NCBI GenBank assembly: GCA_002633005.1
Contig: NMRA01000249.1
Coordinates: 258,073-322,072, forward strand
DNA length: 64,000 bases
Origin: Phoronis australis
Taxonomy: Eukaryota > Animalia > Phoronida
Direction of reading: 5' to 3'
Shown piece after piece: positions 48,627-62,059 of this stretch (positions are counted from its first letter, which is position 1; each line of letters begins with the position of its first letter). The position numbers and the translations under genes were made by a program. The notes beneath the pieces were generated by a model. The model made no database searches, was not told where the DNA came from, and was given only the letters and a program-made list of their open reading frames with translations.

Positions 48627-51600
48627 ATCAGGGCGACTTATGAAAGAAATCCGAGTCCGCTTGACATATGATTCACGCGAACCCCGACCGATAACCAGGC
48701 ACTTGACTGCATGTGCATCAAAAACATACAACACTTAAGTCAAGTCCGCTCTTTTTTAACCGATTTAACAAGAACCATCAAAAAATTGATATATCCATTG
48801 ATCAGCAAATGACTCTAGAAAGAAAATCAGACACATGTCTATACTGTAGTGTTTCACCCCAGGGCAGCGTCCGAAGTCAAAACGTTTATGGTCAGACTGC
48901 GCCAAAAAACAATGGGTGGGAAATAAAACTGGATAGAACCAGAGCTATTTCAGATTGGGCAATACAACAAGTGGTTTCTCCTTGCGTGCCGGGTTTGAGT
49001 GTTAGTTGGTCGTCGGGAAACTCACTAAATCTACGAGGACGTCTAAAGGTCACCGTGCATCCCTTCTAGCCCTTCCTCTTGACAAAGAGGACGTCACATT
49101 GCTGACAGTGGCAATGGGTCATCGCATGGCAAAAAATGTTATGTAAACTCAATAATGCTGTTCTTTTTTCAAAGTGAATTTGTACTATTGAGTCACGCGT
49201 CACGTGGCTTCAAAAATGTGACCAGTCTGTATGTATTTTGAAAATGAATATCGTTGAACCTGTGTATGAGTTATATATGGAAAATATAATATATAATATA
49301 AGCACCTGTATTTTATCAAGACACCCTTTAAATGCGTGTTTAATAGACACTAGCATATGTGCAGGGCAAACTAAGATATTTTGATTACAAATGCGCTGTC
49401 TTATGAACACTACGTAACATTCTTGATTTACTATGAGATGAGAACAATGTCCGTTTACCCAGACAACACTGAATAATCAGCGACTCTCGTCTCCAAATAA
49501 ATGCAGTCAAAAAGAATTCCAGTCCAGACCGTTTAATGGTTTCAAGAATAAGAAGACACACAAGGCATGTATAGGCCTACCACTGCAAGAAAGTAATAAG
49601 TCTAATTGTCTTATTATCATTCAATTCCAACACGTTAGTTGGGCGTTTTGTAAATAGAGAACCCTACGCGAGTCTCAGGTTCATGACATGGGCAAAGCCT
49701 TTTGGAGATTTCGTCAAATATATATAAAATAAATATGAGACGAGTCTAGCATTTGCTTTCTCACATGAGCAGTAAAAACGATTTTTTTTACCGAAAACTC
49801 GACGTGTCTAAAAGTTTCCACCACGTACATGACGCATTTTTTTTAAAAACACGTTTGCGCAATGTAAAGTAATTAATTTACTTTTTGTTAATGTTAATTG
49901 TAAATTGCATTCAGCTTTCGTAGCAAATATTAAACAGTCTTTTTTACAGTTGCAATATTAAAACTTAAAAATGCTTAGGAGAATCAGCCCGTCGTGAGCA
50001 CTGAATTGATCTTGAGACAGCACAGCTGGACAGTCTCGCAGCGTTTCTTGAGTTGGGGCTCGTTTCCGTTTAAATGAACGTGGGTATGAAAATCCGCCGC
50101 CGAAGACGGGTCCGTTTAAGAAATTGTTTGCAAGTCTTTCCAGCTTGGAGTACGGGCAGTTGCGACACCCGATTTGTCTATCATAACCTCGTTACCTTCT
50201 TGGAATTACACGTATGTCATTGATTGGTTGGCGGACAGACGATAAAATGTAACGCGTATGGATTTCTACTTTGCACTACTTTGTGATTCGCCCATCTAAT
50301 ATAATCAAATTGTGAACACAGTCTTATTAATCAGTCGTGTAGTAACACATTCACATGTGAGAACAACTTATCCTGAGACAGGTTATCATGAGTACCTGTT
50401 TCTACCACATCAAAACCTACTTTCAAATTATCCCGAAGCAGTGAAAAATACATGTAAATCGACAATAGAGGTGTTCATGAGTGATCTGGTAAACATGTAT
50501 CAAGATATACATGTACGTCGGGATCAGCTTACATACCACCGATGGTGTGATTACTGATGAAAGAAATGAAAAAGAAAAGAAGGTCTTTATAGTACAAGAA
50601 ACTGTGTAGAAACCGGTTTTCTTGAATTAAAAATCAGAGCGTTTCTTGCCTTGAGTTCAAAACATACATGTACCTGCATGTGAAGAGACCGAATGTCAAT
50701 TGCCAACTCCGCCCATTCCTCTACACATGGCTCACTACTCTAACCTGTCTTTTTTGTTGCTGGTGCTACGGTGATGCACATTACAGTGATCATTTGAAAA
50801 TATGACAGTTATACAAAATGCTAGTCTGAGCAGTATATCACGATATTGATCAATACATCCCATAGGCTAAAAATTTATGCAAAAGTGTGACTGCACCTCA
50901 AATTGAATCTAATTCGCAGCCTAAATGTTGTCAGCCAATTTAAGTTTAGTTCGTGTGTGAACTTGTCAATTCTGATTCTAGAAGACTGATGACAGCCGGC
51001 ATTCAAGGAGGATAGATGTTTTTCGAAGCACTCGTTAGGCCGTCTGCAGGATTGTTAGAAAACCCCTCGACACTTCGACCCCCTAGACCCACAACCCCCA
51101 CAGCTGGCCGGGAAAAGCTTCCATGCGCTCGACTGCACGAGCTCTGCTGTGCGGAGTCAGAGAGTGACTGCACTATTGTGCTCGTTAGCTGTCACAATGT
51201 CACATGCAACAAAACTCAAAATTCGATTTTATCACACCAAGACATGGGTTGCGCAGCACTGAAATTCGTGAGACGTTATAGTTCACAGCCGCCTAAGGTG
51301 CCACACCCATGTAATATTTTTTCAAAAGGTGCAATATACATTAAACGCCCTTAACTACAGTCACGTAACTGACATTGAATAATTACAGTACATGTAGACG
51401 AAATCGGCAACAATGAAACATGAACCGCGAAGAAATGCCCAACGTTCAACTGAAAATTACACTGAGTTAGTCTCAGACAACACTTCAATAGTTGTTCAGC
51501 TCTGTTTCATAACGATCTTTGATTTTCTTACGTGAATGTGCTTTTGTTTGGCTTTTTTTGCAAAAAATTGCGAGGCTAATGGTCGTCGACCTCTCTGTTC

Positions 51601-51685
51601 CACCACGTGACAGCAGTTGTGTTCAAGGAAAGTCAATCAGCGATGTAATAAGATTATGAAATACGTAAAAATTGCAAAAATACCT

Positions 51686-51825
51686 CTATTGCCACAGGTG
51701 ATGGGTCGAGGGTGTCGTGACTCGTGAGTAGGGGAGGTTGTGGGACGAGAGGGTTGTGGGTCGAGGAGATCGTGAGTCGAGGGAGTCGAGGGGTGTGGGG
51801 TCGAGAAGTTTTGGAACAATACTCT
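51686..51825 (+). repeat. Dispersed repeat family C with internal GGGTCG(A/T)G array
   Basis: CTATTGCCACAGGTGATGGGTCGAGG...GAAGTTTTGGAACAATAC; reverse-complement copies lie at 63223-63341 and (partial) 51048-51105. Confidence 0.7.
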
Positions 51826-51904
51826 TCTGCCCTGTGAAGCGATTGATAAAGTGAGACTGCAAGGGGCTTGTCGCATATTCAAAATTTCGAAAAGGGGTAT
51901 ATAA

Positions 51905-52176
51905 CATGCGCGCACCCAGCTCAGATCAATATGGGGGGCTCGAATTCTCGGCGCTGTAGACCTTTTGGTAACAAAAAAGCTAGCGAACTAAAAAAAACAC
52001 GGTAGACCTTTTGGTAACAAAAAAGCTAGCGGACTAAAAAAAAAAAACACGGGGCACCGCTATGAATTTCACGCGTTTGTGCTTGCTTGGTGGACTTTTG
52101 TCTCGTTTTCTCGGTATTTTTGTTTCTCGCAGGCGAGCCTTTTTGCCCCCCGAGCTCCCCCCTGGGTGAGCGCATG
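51905..52176 (+). mobile_element. MITE family A, copy 4 with an internal ~46-bp tandem duplication
   Basis: CATGCGCGCACCCAG...CTGGGTGAGCGCATG TIRs; GTAGACCTTTTGGTAACAAAAAAGCTAGCG..CTAAAAAAAACACG occurs twice. Confidence 0.8.
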
Positions 52177-55100
52177 TATAAAAGCAAGCACTTTGATTAA
52201 CCTTCCCCTGTCCCCAGACCTCTGTTTACCCAATCGAGACCATACATGCACCCTTCAATAATGATATGACCACTCTCAGGGTCCTCGACTGAATAACTGG
52301 CATTAGTTGCCTCCCACGCATGGTTTTGTATAATCTCATTTTTTTCTTGCAAGAAGCTTCTGTCCACTCACTCCGCAAGTGTGCTTGTTTTAGACCTGAG
52401 GTTGTCACCGCTCATCCACTGGCTTGTATCCATGTGAGCTAGCTACCTGACTAGTCAATTATGGAATACCTGAAAATAGGCGGCGCTTTTCTTATGCCAA
52501 TGAAAACGCACGAATAATTTTGAAATTCAAGTCCCAAGTCTGAAAATTGCAAGCGGAGAGAAAGCCAGCCCACGACCATCGAGTGACAAACAGGGTCCAT
52601 TGACACACAACGACATTACGCTCAGTTGCAGTGGCAACATTTGTAGGCCTAGGCTATATTGCAGATTTTACTCGACTCGACGACTCGAGCACAATGATTA
52701 CTATCAAATCCAGGTAATAGGTTTCATCAAATTCTAAGCGTAATAGCAAGACTGTTCAGCTCATACGGGAAGCAATACATGTAGCATAATCGAAATATTC
52801 CATATAAATAAATTACCTTGCCAAGGCGAACTACATGTACATGTACTCCTCTTCGAAGCAGTAAGGGAAACAGCTATTTGTCTGTCTCGAGTTGCCAAAA
52901 TTTCAACGTACACAGCATTTGTTTTGATCACGCAGATTTTCATGAAAATAAAAAATAAAAGAAAAGAGTATGTACAGACAGTAGATCGACTTCATACTTA
53001 CAAAAAGTTCCTAAAAGATATCAGAGAGTACATGTACATGTGCGTTTCATTGATTTTTATGCAGTTTCACGCCATTTTAAGGTGGATGATGTTCAATTTT
53101 GAAGTGATTGTCGAGTACGTTCCTCATTCAGTGCTCACTTTGGCTGTGGGTTTGTACATGCATGTAGCGTGGTGTGCGTGTTCATTCTTCAAATACAGCA
53201 CATGTAAATTCAATTGGCAGTCCTTTGTCCTTGACCAAAAAGCAGACATTTCACATCCGTGTTTTCTTGTACCGATAAAACCGGCCGATGAGAGTGTTCA
53301 TATTATTCGGTAAAAGCAGGATTAAACCTAGTAAAAGGTTACATATCACTACTCTTAAGGTACACTATTTGAAAACAATGATGTTGCGACAGTTTGCTAC
53401 AGTACTCTAAATGCCTGCTGATGAAGCGGAACTGACATTTATTTTCTATTTTATTTGCGTCTAATTAATAACCATTTAAAGGGTGTGAAAAACGAGTAGA
53501 TCGTACATCATGTATTGCATCTTTTGCTAATGAGCTCAGTTCCAGTGCACGAGTTTCAGAGCCAAAGCAGAACAACAAATAAGGCAAACGGCTGACATGG
53601 TTGTTTTTTTAAATTAAAGGTATGTAATAGCTGACCATGATTTTTTTAAAATCAATATATTATAAGAAAAATTAGTGACTGGTTTTTCTACACCACCGTG
53701 GCTAAAACATGCGTATTTATTTACCAATCAATTAGACGGATTAGTATCAGTCTGGTTAGGCTCGCTTAAGCATTGTGGTAACAAGACTCCAAATGTTAGC
53801 GTAGGTGTTGCCTCATGAATGATTGGTTCACACTCGACTGTGCCGTATCCAATTTTCGACCTTCGCAGTCGCAGTAGCACGCCTTGCTAGCGGAAAGAGT
53901 TGTTTTTTAAGCACGATTATGATTGTTATGGGTGAAAAACGCAGTTTTTGGGGTTGTGGTTGGATGAGAATTAAGGATTTTGCCCTGACTACCGAACAAA
54001 AATCTATCCGCAGTCTCTTTTGTAATTCTATTGCAAAGTGCAATTTTCGCTGAATCTTGTGAACATTACCTGAAACAAACCGGTGACTTTAGCTGCTAAG
54101 CACCATTAAAATATACCATTTAGCTTTTGGGATTGAGCTCTGCTGCCAGTGCTTTTGAGTTCAACTAAGAAATTTTCAGGTTTATATCCGCGCTGAGGCT
54201 GATCTCAGAAAAGTGCTTTCTTCGTCCATGTCACTTCACTTGATAAAGCTCCTGGTCTCGATTTCAGCGAATGAGTCGAGTACCAGTACACTAAACGAGA
54301 ATTTGGCAACTTGTGAAGTCACAGAAATAAAATTGATTGTGCTGTTTAATACTGTAACACTGGTCAAATCTGATGGCAGCGAATAAAGCGTTTTTCGGCG
54401 CTAAATGTGACCTTTAAACTACGGCAACAACCTCTTGGGCACAAACAGATCATGTATATAAGTACTTGTTGTAGAATCGCCCAATACATTACATGCAACA
54501 CTTTACCTGAGACATAATCTTACATCTGCCTGCTCTCATTTACAGATGTATCATAAAAGACGTGTACATGTAAATGTAATATCCCAAAAATAACCAAACG
54601 CAATAATAAATACAGGTTTCATTAAACATTATTAGTCTTCAGTTGCACTCCAATAGACTTTCATGAAATATCAGGATGCCTCGAGGAGCTCCTTTCTGTA
54701 TGATCTTTTAATAATTTTTATTAATATTTTTGTTGGTTTAAGCAGATGTTGTCGTCCCAGCTGGTATAGACAACGGCAATTTCGTTGCTTCTTTAACTTC
54801 TTGAGACTATTTGAATCTATTTCCGCTTATGGGCCATTTGCCTCGAGGTATCTACATTAAAGACACACACTCTTCTGAGCTGTTTCTGAAGAAAAAATAA
54901 GACTAGTAAAAATATCTATCAGCCATCCATTTTTCTGCGCACATGAATTGAAAAAGCTTCGCAAATGTACAGTTGCATACATGTAGAGTTACAATGTACA
55001 TCTATAAAATGTCACCAATCTCAGCAGCATACGCACATCCCCACTATAATAATTACAGTGACATTTATTTGTGGTGGGGATTCATTAATTAGACCATAAA

Positions 55101-56127
55101 ATATACTTTTTGTGGTTATTGTTGGATGGTGTGGGCTTCTTGAAGATATTGTCTGTGACAACACAGCTATAGATTAACAAATTTAGAGCACATGTATTTG
55201 TTTGCAGTACTGTGGTGGAGGTAGGCGCAGGTAGGCGCAGCCAACCCCCTTTTGGCATTAGAACGTAGCGCCTACGCACCGTAAGTTACGTTCAGTGCTC
55301 AAGGTGATACGGTGGGCTTTCGGGGCCTACTAAGCTCTAATTTTGCAACTACAGCACTGTTTGTTTATTTCGAAACAAATGACCAAGTCTGAACTTAGTG
55401 TGGCAGCCATTCGCTGTAACCAAGACCGATGTTATAGCTAACATGCCCTTAAAATATCTTGCCACTTACTAAGTAGCAAAACACGAACTAAAAAAATTAT
55501 TTCCGCCCAAGTAAAGTCACTTTAAGTTACAACGTACATGAATTTAAAGATTTCCCCTCCATTTTTACGATATTCGTTAACACGAAAATATACATGTATA
55601 CACAAAACGTAGCGAGAGTGGCATGGATGAAGTAATATCCCACGAGACATTATTCCGCTTCTATACGCGGAATAACGTATTAATCCCATATGCTTCGAAT
55701 TCCTAAGTGTCTTTCATTTTTCTTCGGAAGATTTTTAAAAAACTTCACTGAGACTGTTTACGTGGCAGATCACATCCTATATGCCAGCACATGTACTTAG
55801 GGTTACGTTAATTTTTCTCTAGCAAAAGAATCAGATTCATTACTTGAAAACAGATAACAAAGATGAAAGTAATGGACGGTTCTTGGCCATTGGACTTGTA
55901 ACATTTCGTGAATATACTTAATTAACAACAATATTTGACATTGCAGCTACCGAGGAATCGGCGCCTGAGTTGCAGACTAGGTAATTTAGCAATTTTTAAA
56001 TTGAGAGAGTAGTGTCAAATTATTAACAGTTTTGTTCGAGATTTTAAATTCGGGACTTGAATGCGTCTTCGGTTTGATTTATACTTTTGCATTTGTAATA
56101 CTGTAAATTATTTTGGGAAAGTTTGAC

Positions 56128-56200
56128 ACGCTACCGTGGGACTCGAACCCATGGCGTTGAGTAAAGGTAACGAACGCTTATCTCACTAAGTCACATTGGA
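56128..56200 (-). pseudogene. tRNA-like Pol III promoter remnant
   Basis: Minus strand TGACTTAGTGAG (A-box-like) and CATGGGTTCGAGTCCCACG (T-arm/B box); no intact acceptor or anticodon stems. Confidence 0.45.
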
Positions 56201-56508
56201 AACCAATGGTCACTTTCGGAGCGCATGTTGTCGGTAAACATCCGATGACTTGCAAGCTGCTATTGTTCCAGAAGTTGATTTTCATAATGTTACATGTAGT
56301 TGATAAACGATACACAGCAAAAATTAATCCTGTGAAATATTTCAATTAAAACCAATTAATTGTAAGTCACTACTATCATTGAACACCGGCCAAATAGAAC
56401 GAGATTCCAGGGACAAAGGCCAATTACATAGCCAATCAGGGTGTCAATTCTTTATCCCACAACATATATACTGTAGATTATTACCTGGTGAAGTCGTTAG
56501 AGCTCTCG

Positions 56509-56572
56509 TGGATTTTGGAGAATTATCGCCCGAGGGGAGTCAGCCCCGAAAGCGATAATTCTCCAAAATCCA
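56509..56572. repeat. Perfect 21-bp inverted repeat with GC-rich loop
   Basis: TGGATTTTGGAGAATTATCGC-(22 nt)-GCGATAATTCTCCAAAATCCA. Confidence 0.9.
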
Positions 56573-57165
56573 TGATGGCTTTGAATAAGGGGGACAACGA
56601 CTGAGAACATATAACAATCTATTTATACCAAATACTGAACGAGAAACATTGCAATGAATCGATCTACCTTTCTGGACTCGCCTCGGCTTTGTAACTACTT
56701 TCTACATTTGTATGTCAGAGGCACGGGGTCGGAGGTCGTGACCTTTTAAGAAAAGCCGAGCTATTTTTGTAAAATAATGCTGTTACTCAATGCAATTGAA
56801 AATTTAAACAAAATAGAAATTGAGTGAATCTATAAATTAAGGTTTAGAAACTCTTATAGCTTACTACACATTTTATCACGCCAAGGTTCAACAGGGAAAA
56901 TATCGTCTGCTAAAGTAGGTTACCACTGGTAACTTAGTATACACTGTAGTGCTCAAGCCAAAGGATCCTGATGACACGATATCCGCATTCAAATTGGAGA
57001 TCGATGATTTACAAGTGAGAGAACAAGAGAGAAAAAATTCAATTAATTAAAATATTATTTTTTCATAGCGTAGTCTCTAAATGTCGGTACAATGCCTTTC
57101 GTTGAACATGCGATTGTTGCGCGTGCTCATATAAGTATTCTATTTTCATGTTCGATGTTGTCAGC

Positions 57166-57240
57166 TGCTGAGTGGTGTAGTGGTAAAGTCGACGACTCGA
57201 CACTCCTGCGGCCGGGTTCGAAACCGGCCTGCGTTCCCGC
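57166..57240 (+). pseudogene. tRNA-like element / SINE-type head
   Basis: A box TGGTGTAGTGG (57173-57183) and T-arm CCGGGTTCGAAACCGG with B box (57215-57225); the acceptor stem does not close. Confidence 0.55.
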
Positions 57241-57532
57241 CAAAATGTTATCTCACTAGTGAGATAATGGAATATTACACGGTTGTATTGGCCATTTGAG
57301 GCTAATACTGTGGTATAATTACACGTTATGTAGCGTAAATTCTTTATCAAGAGCTGCTTTTCTATTTTATTTTATTTAGTGAGAACTCTGCTGCAGCATT
57401 TTATTGCCAAGTCATCATAGCCCGCACACTTAAGGTGAGTTTGTTTGCTCTCCACTTGAAGCCGCGGAGACGTGTTCATATAAATCTCATTATATAATTC
57501 GACAATATAACTTCAAGCAGTCACCGAATATT

Positions 57533-58000
57533 CAGTGGCGGACTTAGGTGATGGGGGGGCAAGGTGGCCATGGCCCCCTAAAAATTTCCCACATACCATT
57601 TGGGGGGAGGCGAAACTTCGTTTGCCGTTCTTTTTTTTGTAATGTGGTCCACAAACCCACATATTCGAGACCCTTTCATCCCTATATTTTAGGCTGGGCG
57701 CGCATGTGGCGAAATTGTGGTATTCCTGCGCCCTGTCCCCCAACTCAAAATCCTGGATCCGCCCCTGATATTCACTTCAGTTTTGACCAACATTTTGCTG
57801 AGATACCCTAATAAGGTCAAGAGCTCACATACAAAGCATTTGCTTGTCGCAAGGGTGGATCTGAAGGAATTTAACATGGGCGGCGCACCATTGGGGGCCA
57901 TAGCCCCCCACTTTTTCCAAGCTACGCCGCACATGGTCTATAGGGGGTGCACCACAGGGGGCTCAGGGGGCTTTAGTCCCCCACACTTTTTTCAGACCTG
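57533..58000. mobile_element. Cluster of nested and adjacent GC-rich MITEs
   Basis: Family-B-type ends CAGTGGCGGACTTAGG and TCCTGGATCCGCCCCTG (57533-57767) enclose a family-A end (TTTTAGGCTGGGCGCGCATG, about 57687-57706). Further MITE-like heads follow; CATGGGCGGCGCACCAT resembles the reverse complement of the 44788-44865 element end. Confidence 0.65.
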
Positions 58001-58275
58001 CACCTCTCATGTTAAACAGACGTTTCCTCAGTTGCAAAAACATGGTCCACGCACCAATAGCCTGCTTCATCAGCTGGTATAGCCGGGTTACTACGCTATA
58101 TGGAGCTTACAAGTCAAGGCCTTTGCATGTGACACACGCGTGACCAGGAAGTCAATTGCAATACTGATTCTCGTATAATTAATTCATGGAAAAGATTATT
58201 AATTTTCGAAGCCAAAAGGCACACACATTGGCATGTGTATCGGTAGATATGTATCAACGTAGGCCAGTCTTTGTG

Positions 58276-58312
58276 TATATAAGGATTCCCATTTTGACAG
58301 CAGAACAGTTGC
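58276..58312 (+). promoter_or_regulatory. Putative TATA box and initiator
   Basis: TATATAAG at 58276-58283 lies about 30 nt upstream of an Inr-like ACAGTT and about 80 nt upstream of the ATG at 58362. Confidence 0.5.
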
Positions 58313-58361
58313 TCTCTTTCACTTCAAACAGCGGTACTAGAACCTACAGTTGAGAAAAGAA

Positions 58362-59737
58362 ATGGACACACTGTTGATCTTCTGCATTCTGGTATGTATT
58401 GGTTATGCTCGTCATATGAACTGTATTCTGGTATATAAAACTTCAGCTGTTTACAAACTATAAAGTCAACTGACAAGTTCAGAAATTGAAGAAATTGCCT
58501 CTAAAATTCAAAAAATAGGAAATTTTAAAATGACAAAGTATTCCTTCGCAATGCCGGTTGATGCAAGTAGGGTTGTTTTTGTATAATGAACACTGGCAAA
58601 AACTAGTATTTTCTCAGCAATAATTGTATGTTAAATGATGCTGTGATACTTTGTACCTTGAACAGGAAATATAGGCAGTTTTGTACAGTGCGCATGTGCA
58701 ATGTACGTAGGTGACATCTCTCGTGTGTTGTAATGTATCTAAACATTACTGCACGAGAAAATCGGGTAAAAGTTGAAGCATGACATATCATAGATTTTTT
58801 GGCATGTACCTTATTTGTACACCTAGGAAGTATGATTAATTAGTTGGCTATTTTAAGATTTAAAAATTATGTCGGTATCTCTGAAATTGGTCCTGTTGCA
58901 TTATGGGGATAGAATCTGAAGGTCAGAATGTCAATTTTAGCCATCTTCAAACTGCCGCCAAATACCAGTACAAGAAAACCGTTTACCGTTTCTACCATAA
59001 TTGTTTCTATCCTATTTTTAATAGGATGTAAAATCATTAATCTAAACTCAGTTGCAATTCCTTCATTTCATAGGTGTTAATCGAGCGCGTGTGGGTGCGT
59101 GGGGGCTCATGTGAATTCGAAATTCTATTTGTGAAATATGATGATCCAAATCAGACAAATGAGGACACGTTTTCAGGGTCTAGCTAATACTTACATGTAC
59201 AACAGACTGGTCAGTGATACATAATGTCAAACATGACCCGTTCCAAAAAAATTGACTTAAGTTCGTTTTCGAATTAAGTCCCAATATTTGTCTTAACTTC
59301 CGTACTTTGAAACTTCCACATCCGAGAAAATAACTAAAATTAAGACAAAACTTATATCAAAAACTTAATTCAAACTTAAGATCTCTTTCTTGAAACGGTA
59401 TCGAGACAAATTTAAGTTTCACCTTAAAATTCAACGAAACTTAAGATTTGTCTTAACTAAATCAGTTTTGTTGGAACGGGCCCCTGAGCTGCAAGAATAC
59501 TTGTTAGCACGCATGCTGCAAGTAGTGAGGATCTTCATTTTCTTGCCTTCAGGATGTTGCGTTTGGTGTTTCGGCGGAATTAGGGTCTCCAACTCTAGCA
59601 GCCAATGCAGTATATGATGGAAACCGCAAGGAGGATCCCCTGGTTTACTATGAAGGCAACAACACCTTTAAGGCAGAAGTCAACTTTTCCGTCAGCAATC
59701 CGCTTCCAAAATCAGCAACGCTCACCTTGAAATGCAG
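58362..59737 (+). CDS. Putative secreted protein of unknown family, first two coding exons (58362-58391, 59553-59737)
   Basis: MDTLLIFCIL|GTATGT joins in phase 0 across a strong acceptor (TTTTCTTGCCTTCAG) to an open exon, DVAFGVSAELGSPTLAANAVYDGNRKEDPLVYYEGNNTFKAEVNFSVSNPLPKSATLTLKC, ending at CAG|GTAAAA. The N-terminus looks like a signal peptide ending VSA. Downstream exons are unresolved. Confidence 0.6.
59236..59483. mobile_element. MITE with ~25-bp TIRs and internal CTTAAG/CTTAA repeats
   Basis: Left GACCCGTTCCAAAAAAATTGACTTAAG versus reverse-complement right GGCCCGTTCCAACAAAACTGATTTAG. Confidence 0.75.
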
Positions 59738-62004
59738 GTAAAATAATGTATACTCGTGTAAATGTGATTAGACTTCTTCAGGACAACAGTAATGTTAGAC
59801 AATTTGAAATGTAACAGCGGTCTATAAACTACTAAAGAAAAGTAAAATTATGTTCCCAATTTGCACGTAATTGTGACTTTTATTTCATATATCTTCGAAT
59901 CTGTGGATCGTGACAAAACACTTGCCTGAGGGAGACCGATTGACACATTTGCCAGCCAAAGGAAATGTACAAGGATTCGAACTCACTTATTTTACGATAT
60001 ACCCTTGATTATACAGATATTCTATTGTTGTTGAATTATAAAAATTCGCCCTCTGAAAAATTTAAAATAGAAATTAACGAAGAAAAAATCGTTTATTTTT
60101 GTATTTTAACCCAGAAATGAACAAAAAATAGAGCTTAACACGAATGCCCATCTCCCATGTTCCCACGGTTACAATTAGAAAATTTGCGAGTATGCCTGCG
60201 GAAAATGCTTACCACATTACGCTTTGATAAACAAATTCTTTGGTTTCGGATGTACATGTAGATATGTAGATGTGTATGTACTGTAACTAGGAAATCCGAC
60301 AAATTCACAGGATGGTATTTGAAAATGAGAGGGTACAGTTGAAATCTTAGTGATTTTAATGGCTGCCTGAAGTTGTAAAAATTCTAAAATCCGATCCCCA
60401 ATTAGTACAGTACACTTAGACGATTTCTGCCTATCTAAAATAACACTCAAAGTCATCTGATGAAATTGGGACAGTTTCCAAAAATATACTCATAATTCAA
60501 ATGACTATAAAGCCATTGATTTTGGCTACGGTAGGAGGAGATCATAAAGGAATTATGTCATTAAATCAAGGTAAACGTATTGCTCATGGAATCCATTGTT
60601 AGTTTCTGATTTAGATGTTATGTTTCTACGAAAATCGACTGATTGATTGATTATTTCTTGAAAATTAGAAGCTAATTTTGTAAGAAATGACGAGGCTTCA
60701 CAGATCTTAGTTCGACATTGGGAAAAGTCGATCTATCATCAGATCGCCAAATATCAAAGTAAACTAAACGATTTTTCTTTATATGAAATAGGTCCCGACT
60801 ATATTGATTAATGTCACACAGCTCCACGAAGTGTCCCAAAATGTCCTCAAAATTCAAATGGCAATGATTTTTATTGACTATGGAACTAGATTAGTGGCTG
60901 TGGATTGAAAAAGAAGTGGGGGTGGAGGGGGGGGGGGGGCGGAGGTGGTGGCCATAAGAAGAGGGGGTAGTTTGGTGAAGTACCCCCCAATAATTTTTTT
61001 GCTTCCTGCGGGCTGATGGAACATTATATTGTCATTTATCCTTTGGTGTATCAAAATATATACCATCTTTCGTAAGAAATTAGGACATCCCACAGCGGTG
61101 AAAAATTACAAGCGTTTTAATGACAGGAAAGGTTTTTGCATCAGTCAAACCTTCAAACCACATTCATGGGGGAGGCAATGGACGCCATCTGGTGAGCTCG
61201 TGAGTTTCAATATGGCCCTTTTGAAAGTCAGGTATTGCTAAAATGCGCAAGTATTGTGCTTCATGGGAAATGCCATGCGGCTTGTTAAAGCTATGACTGC
61301 ATGATAAACCTGAAATGATACATTTACTATCCTCATACTTTCGTGTTACTCGATATATTCAGCAGTTGGCGTGAAAGAAAACTCACGAGGAATTAAACTG
61401 GCCATTGAGAAACGTCAAACGTCTAAACCAAGACATGCAGATTAAGAACCGGTCATCGAGATTTTTGCACGACATTTACCAATTGTTTACCAGTCTGCTT
61501 TTTCCACAGGTGGCGGAGTGATTTGGGCGTGAGATAGGGGATGTATCATCTTAGTGATGTCTGGTTTGTTTAAATTAGCTCGCTTTAACCAAAACGGGCA
61601 TTTCCAGACAGAAAAGCATAACAATTTATTTTGTGCAAGGCACTAAACACATTTGTCAAGTGTGCAGCTACCTATCTTTGTCAACTCGCCATTTCATCTA
61701 GACATGTGTGAGGGTTTCCTGGGCGCTGATTTGTAGTTCGACACTCGCTTACTCCACCCTGATTTTGGTAAAGGGCCTATCAATTACAGATGTAAACTAT
61801 AGAAATATTTTATACTCTTCTAACTTTGATATAAGGTTGATATTGCGTCCAGGCTCTGAACTCACTCCACCATTAGTTTACATAACTGATAACTCGACCA
61901 AGGGTCATGACACCATCTGTATGCCATGCCACAGAGTGAGTTTTTCTTAAATGGATCAATTTATGAAATGTTTAAGCGTATTTTTGACAAAAGTGAGTCG
62001 ATTT

Positions 62005-62059
62005 TGACCAAAGACATACCGTTGTGGTTCACTATGACCAAAGATATACCGTTGTGGTT
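62005..62059. repeat. 30-bp tandem duplication
   Basis: TGACCAAAGA(C/T)ATACCGTTGTGGTT occurs twice at 30-bp spacing. Confidence 0.85.

Noticed and set aside
53800-54900. Minus-strand acceptor-like sites with short open frames
   Set aside because: Every frame is interrupted by stops and no family motif is recognisable.
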